Source of the DNA: an uncultured delta proteobacterium
GTDB lineage: Bacteria > Desulfobacterota > Binatia > DP-6
Reading direction: 5' to 3'
Assembly: GCA_963815115.1 (NCBI GenBank)
Contig: CAWFFN010000012.1
Span: 704,001-768,000 of the forward strand
DNA length: 64,000 nt
In this document: positions 59,890 to 64,000 of the stretch, piece after piece
Numbering within the stretch: position 1 is the first letter of the stretch
How the letters are laid out: the number at the start of each line of letters is the position of its first letter
Position numbers and translations under genes: made by a program
Notes under the pieces: generated by a model
The model's database searches: none
What the model was told of the DNA's origin: nothing
Seen by the model: only the letters and a program-made list of their open reading frames with translations

Positions 59890-61002
59890 TCAGATCCCGC
59901 CTGCCCGGGCGGCCGCACGCCGGGCGAGGGCGGCGAGCTGACCCTCCTCGACCTCGCGCAGGCGCTCGAGCGTGCCGGACATGGTCCGGAGCCAGCCCAG
60001 GGGGTCGGCCGGATCGGGCTCGGCGCGGCGCAGTCCCGCCAGCGCGGTGCTCTCTCGCGCCTCGAGCAGCGCGAGATACGACTTCGCCATGCGTCCGTAC
60101 TCCGCGTCCGGCATCACGGCAGCGATCGACGCGGCGACCGCGACGAGCTGGTGGTCGATGCGGCCGTAGCTCTGGATGGCGGTGTCGAGCGTCGCCGCGG
60201 CGCGCCGGATGGCCGGCAGCTCGGCGAGCGCGGCCAGCGCGGTGACGATCGCAGCGTGAACGGGCTCGGGGAGGCGTGGCCCGCCGGCGGTGACGAAGCC
60301 GGCGAGATCCGTGATTCCGCGGTCGGTGGTGATCTGCTGCGCGGCGAGCTGGCCGGCGAGCGGCTGCCGCTCCGAGGCGACGTGCACGCAGGCGAGCCCG
60401 CGCTCCTGCTGCAGCTCGTAGAGCAACCGGCCGACGCGCAACGCCAGGTCGGCGAGGAGCTGGAGCCCGCCCTCGACCCCCTCCGCGGGGTCCGCGCCCG
60501 GCGTCCGCGGTCTGCCCTCGCGGTGGACCTCGACCACGAGGCCCGCGGCGCGGGCCGGGGCGAACACTGCCTCGACCCGTGCCGCGACGCGGTCCGGCTG
60601 TCCGGGACCCAGGATGACCTCGAGACGCCGGTAGCGTCCCGGCACGCGCGCGTCCTCGACGATGGTCTCCACCATGTACGGGCTGAGCTCGACGAGACGC
60701 TCGAGCAACGGCCGGTCGGGCTCGGCGGGGATCACACGCACCCACACCGGTCCGATGGGCGGTACCTCTTCCCGGCTGCGACTCGCCACCCGCCGCGCGA
60801 TCAGCGCGGCGAAGTCCCGGCAGGTGCGGGCGCCGTCGAGATCGTCCTCCGCCAGGGTGACGCCGAAGGCGTTCTCGAGCGCTCGCGCGACGTCGAGGAG
60901 CGCGATCGGGTCGAGCCGCAGCGCCGTTCCGGGCTCGAGCGCGTTCGCATCGCACCCGAGACTCGCCGCAACCACGCGTCGCACGCGTGGCTCGACGGCC
61001 AT
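59890..61002 (-). CDS. Degenerate acyl-carrier-like domain, unknown domain and NIT-like (nitrate/nitrite-sensing) domain
   Basis: VRRVVAASLG..LDPIALLDVARALENAFGV..ARTCRDF (ACP-like, no Ser); VGRLLYELQQERGLAC..AS and YLALLEARE (NIT-like). Confidence 0.6.
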   Translation of the reverse strand: MAVEPRVRRVVAASLGCDANALEPGTALRLDPIALLDVARALENAFGVTLAEDDLDGARTCRDFAALIARRVASRSREEVPPIGPVWVRVIPAEPDRPLLERLVELSPYMVETIVEDARVPGRYRRLEVILGPGQPDRVAARVEAVFAPARAAGLVVEVHREGRPRTPGADPAEGVEGGLQLLADLALRVGRLLYELQQERGLACVHVASERQPLAGQLAAQQITTDRGITDLAGFVTAGGPRLPEPVHAAIVTALAALAELPAIRRAAATLDTAIQSYGRIDHQLVAVAASIAAVMPDAEYGRMAKSYLALLEARESTALAGLRRAEPDPADPLGWLRTMSGTLERLREVEEGQLAALARRAAARAGGI

Positions 61003-61114
61003 GTATGACCTCGGCAAGCCGGACCTCCGGTGGCTGGCGCCTCGCGCAGGGAGCAGACGTTCTGCTCTCCCGAGTCCTAGCATCGCCGGGTGGGCTTGAG
61101 AACCCTGTCTTCGG

Positions 61115-62605
61115 CTATCCCGTGGCGGCCCGGCCGACCGCGTTGCGGCCCGCCCCTTTGATGGTGAAGAGCGCGTGGTCGGCGCCGGCCAGGATGCTCT
61201 GCACGTCGCGTGCGTCCTCGGGGAAGGTGGCCACCCCGAGGCTCATGGTGAGCGACACCGTGTGGCCGGCGGCGGCGAGGTAGATGGTGTGCGCCACGCG
61301 CGTGCGGATGGTCTCCGCCGTGGCGACCGCGGCGTCCTTCCCGAAGCCGGGCAGCACGACCACGAACTCGTCGCCGGCGTACGCGACCGCGAAGCCGCCC
61401 TCGGGAAGCGCCGCCCGGATCGTCGTGGCCACCTCCTGGATCACCCGGCTGCCGTTCAGGTGGCCGTAGGTGTCGACGACGCGCTTGAAGCGGTCGAGGT
61501 CCATGAAGACGACCGAGAACCGTCCCCGATTGGCGGCGCCTTCCTCGACCAGCCGCTCGAGCGCATCGTAGAGATAACGCGTGTTGTACAGCCCGGTGAG
61601 GCTGTCGTGGACGGCGAGGAACGCGAAGTTCTCGGCACTGGCCCGCAACGCCTCCTCCGCCTGCTTGCGCGCGGTGATGTCGACCACCGCGAGCAGGGTG
61701 CGGGAGAGGCTTTCCTCGTGACCGGGCACGACCGTGGCGTGCATGACGGCGGTCCGCCGGTTGCCCCGCAACGTGCGCAGCGAGGTCTCGCGCTCGAGCG
61801 AAGCGACCTTTCCGGCCGCCACCGCGCGCAGGATCTCGGGTCCGGCGCGGCCGACGCCGATCGCCTCGGTGAGCACGCGCACGGCGTCGAGCGCCTGGTC
61901 GTCGCGTGCCTCGAGCAGCTCGACCAGGGCCGCGTTCCAGTCGGTGGTGCGGATCATATCCAGGCAGCGCGCGAGTGCGTCGGGATCGCGCGCCACGCTC
62001 TCCACGTCGCCGCCGCCGGCCACCAGGTCGTCGAGATGGACCTTGAGCGCCGACGCGTCGCCCTCGACCAGCGCGACGGGCGTCGACTGGAAGAGCACGC
62101 GGTAGCGGTCCTCGCTCTCGCGCAGCGCCTCTTCCGCCCGCTTGCGCTGCGTGATGTCGATGCCCGTCGACACGATCTCGCGCAGCCGCCCGCCCTGATC
62201 GAGGACGGGCCGGTTGCGCCACGTCACCCACACCCGCTCGCCGTCGCGGCGCACGTTCTCGTTCTCGTTCGAGAGGTAGCGCTCGGGATGGCGGAGCACG
62301 TCCTCCATCAGGTGGGCGAGATCCCGCCCGCTGGTCTCCGTCCGGGGCACGATCGTCCCGACGACCGAGCGGCCGACGAGCTCGCTCAACGCGTATCCGA
62401 AGAAGTCCTGGCCGTACTCGTTGAGGTACAGGATGCGGCCCTGAGCATCCCAGCGCAGCACGATGCCGTTGATGTTCCACACCAGCTCGCGCTGCTCGGC
62501 CACCGTCGCCGACAGGTTCCGCACCGCCTCGCGCAGCACGGCGGCCTCGGCGCGCAGGCGGTCGAGCTCGGCGCGCGGCTCCGCGTGCGGGATGTCCGAC
62601 GACAT
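61115..62605 (-). CDS. PAS-domain diguanylate cyclase (AGDEF variant)
   Basis: PAS (LNEYGQDFFGY..ELVGRS..GIDITQRK), HDSLTGLYN, DLDRFKRVVDTYGHLNG, YAGDEF, TMSLGVA. Confidence 0.9.
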   Translation of the reverse strand: MSSDIPHAEPRAELDRLRAEAAVLREAVRNLSATVAEQRELVWNINGIVLRWDAQGRILYLNEYGQDFFGYALSELVGRSVVGTIVPRTETSGRDLAHLMEDVLRHPERYLSNENENVRRDGERVWVTWRNRPVLDQGGRLREIVSTGIDITQRKRAEEALRESEDRYRVLFQSTPVALVEGDASALKVHLDDLVAGGGDVESVARDPDALARCLDMIRTTDWNAALVELLEARDDQALDAVRVLTEAIGVGRAGPEILRAVAAGKVASLERETSLRTLRGNRRTAVMHATVVPGHEESLSRTLLAVVDITARKQAEEALRASAENFAFLAVHDSLTGLYNTRYLYDALERLVEEGAANRGRFSVVFMDLDRFKRVVDTYGHLNGSRVIQEVATTIRAALPEGGFAVAYAGDEFVVVLPGFGKDAAVATAETIRTRVAHTIYLAAAGHTVSLTMSLGVATFPEDARDVQSILAGADHALFTIKGAGRNAVGRAATG

Positions 62606-62677
62606 GGCTCTGGCAGGGGGCGGTATACGCCTGGCCCGCGGCGCGGGGCAATGGCGGCCGTCTCACGCCCACCGGCG

Positions 62678-64000
62678 TCAGCGCCACAGCAGGCTGATCT
62701 CCTCGAGCGTCTTCCCCTTGGTCTCGGGGACCCGGGCCAGGACGAAGATCAGGGTGACGACGCCCAGGGCGGCGTAGGTGAAGAAGGTCGCCGACGAGCC
62801 CAGGTGATGGGTCATGATCGGGAAGGTGAAGCTCACCACGAAGTTCGCGCCCCAGTTGGCTGCCGTCGACACCCCGACGGCCTGGGCTCGGTTCTGCAGC
62901 GGATAGATCTCGGAGATCATCAACCACACGATCGGGCCCAGGGAGAAGGCGAAGAAGACGATGTACGCCGCGAGGCAGACCACGGTGATGGCGCCGAGGT
63001 CGGCGCCGGGGCCGCCCGGGGCGTGGTCGCGGAAGGCGAGGCCGAGGACCGCCAGGGTGGCGACCATCCCGAGCACGCCGGCGATCAGGAGCGGCCTGCG
63101 ACCCGCCCGGTCGACCAGCCAGATGGCGATGAAGGTCGCCAGCACGTTGATGGTGCCGATGCCGGTGGTGGCGCCGAGCGCCGCCGCATCGGAGGTGAAG
63201 CCCGCGCTCTGGAAGATCTGCGGCGCGTAGTAGATCACGGCATTGATCCCCGTGATCTGCTGGAACACCGCGAGCCCGATCCCGACGATCAAGGCCGGGC
63301 GGAGCGCGCGATGGAGGAGCTCGCCCCACGTTCCCTGACCCTCGGCGGCGAGGTCGCTCTCGAGCCGGAGGAGCGCGGCGTCGGCGTCGCCGTGCGGGTC
63401 GATCTGGGCGAGGACCGCCCGCGCCTCGCGCTCGCGTCCCTGCTTCACGAGCCAGCGCGGGCTCTCCGGCATCAGCGTCATGCCGATCGCGAGCAGTAGC
63501 CCCGGGAAGGCTCCGAGGCCCAGCATCCACCGCCAGGCGTGCGCCGCGGCGAGGAGCGCGCACGCGATGTAGGCGAGCAGGATGCCGATCGTCAGGGCGA
63601 GCTGGAAGAGGGACACGAAGGTGCCCCGGATGCGCGCCGGCGACGCCTCCGCGATGTACATGGGACCGCCGACCGAGGTGAGGCCGATGCCGCAGCCGAC
63701 CAGGAAGCGCCCCGCGACGAGCGTCGACACGCTGGTGGCGACGGCGCAGAGGATCGAGGAGACCGCGAAGACCACACCCGCGGCAATGTTGGTGAGGCGC
63801 CGGCCGCCGCGGTCGGCGAGCACCCCGGCACCCATCGCGGCCACGAGGGCGCCGAGCGTCACGGCGCTCACGGTCAGCCCCTCGGCGCCGACGCTCATGG
63901 GGAACGTCTCCTTGATGTAGAGGATCGCCCCCGAGATGACGCCGGTGTCGTAGCCGAAGAGGCCCCCGCCGATGGCCGCGATGGCGGCCACCATGACCAC
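62678..64000 (-). CDS. MFS sugar porter family transporter (5' end probably outside the window)
   Basis: LFGYDTGVISGA, DRGGRR, YIAEASPARIRG, PESPRWL, QQITGINAVIYYAP, PETKGKTLEEI. Confidence 0.95.
   Translation of the reverse strand: MVMVAAIAAIGGGLFGYDTGVISGAILYIKETFPMSVGAEGLTVSAVTLGALVAAMGAGVLADRGGRRLTNIAAGVVFAVSSILCAVATSVSTLVAGRFLVGCGIGLTSVGGPMYIAEASPARIRGTFVSLFQLALTIGILLAYIACALLAAAHAWRWMLGLGAFPGLLLAIGMTLMPESPRWLVKQGREREARAVLAQIDPHGDADAALLRLESDLAAEGQGTWGELLHRALRPALIVGIGLAVFQQITGINAVIYYAPQIFQSAGFTSDAAALGATTGIGTINVLATFIAIWLVDRAGRRPLLIAGVLGMVATLAVLGLAFRDHAPGGPGADLGAITVVCLAAYIVFFAFSLGPIVWLMISEIYPLQNRAQAVGVSTAANWGANFVVSFTFPIMTHHLGSSATFFTYAALGVVTLIFVLARVPETKGKTLEEISLLWR

Overview
GC-rich bacterial chromosomal window, almost entirely coding; I found no rRNA, tRNA, CRISPR array or transposase. 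The gene content suggests a Gram-negative deltaproteobacteria-like organism, possibly Candidatus Binatia (inference only). From left to right: a TylF-like methyltransferase and htpX; a sigma54-type module (small membrane peptide divergent from a multi-TM histidine kinase and NtrC-type activator); an RpoD-family sigma factor; a MacAB-like ABC exporter; NUDIX, LMF, acyl-CoA dehydrogenase, RNase D, a NYN nuclease, sufT and hflKC plus a J-protein; a PbrT-like dihaem cytochrome c; a phosphoesterase; a family 1 encapsulin with ferritin-like cargo; recCBD; two divergent Cys-rich secreted proteins; and a divergent Tad/Flp pilus locus. The Tad locus carries ExeA/GspB-like genes, a BON-less lipoprotein-type secretin, three tandem pilins and a DUF192-methyltransferase fusion. 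The right end encodes a coiled-coil/RelE-like protein, an ACP-like/NIT fusion, a PAS-GGDEF protein and an MFS sugar porter. Three apparent 1-nt frameshifts (about 4858, 6768 and 58346) suggest assembly indels, so gene fusions need checking. The best candidates for something new are the sigma54 small-peptide signalling module, the ExeAB-assisted Tad pilus with possible pilin-modifying genes, and the ACP-NIT / coiled-coil-RelE genes. All domain calls come from reading motifs by eye, not from database searches.
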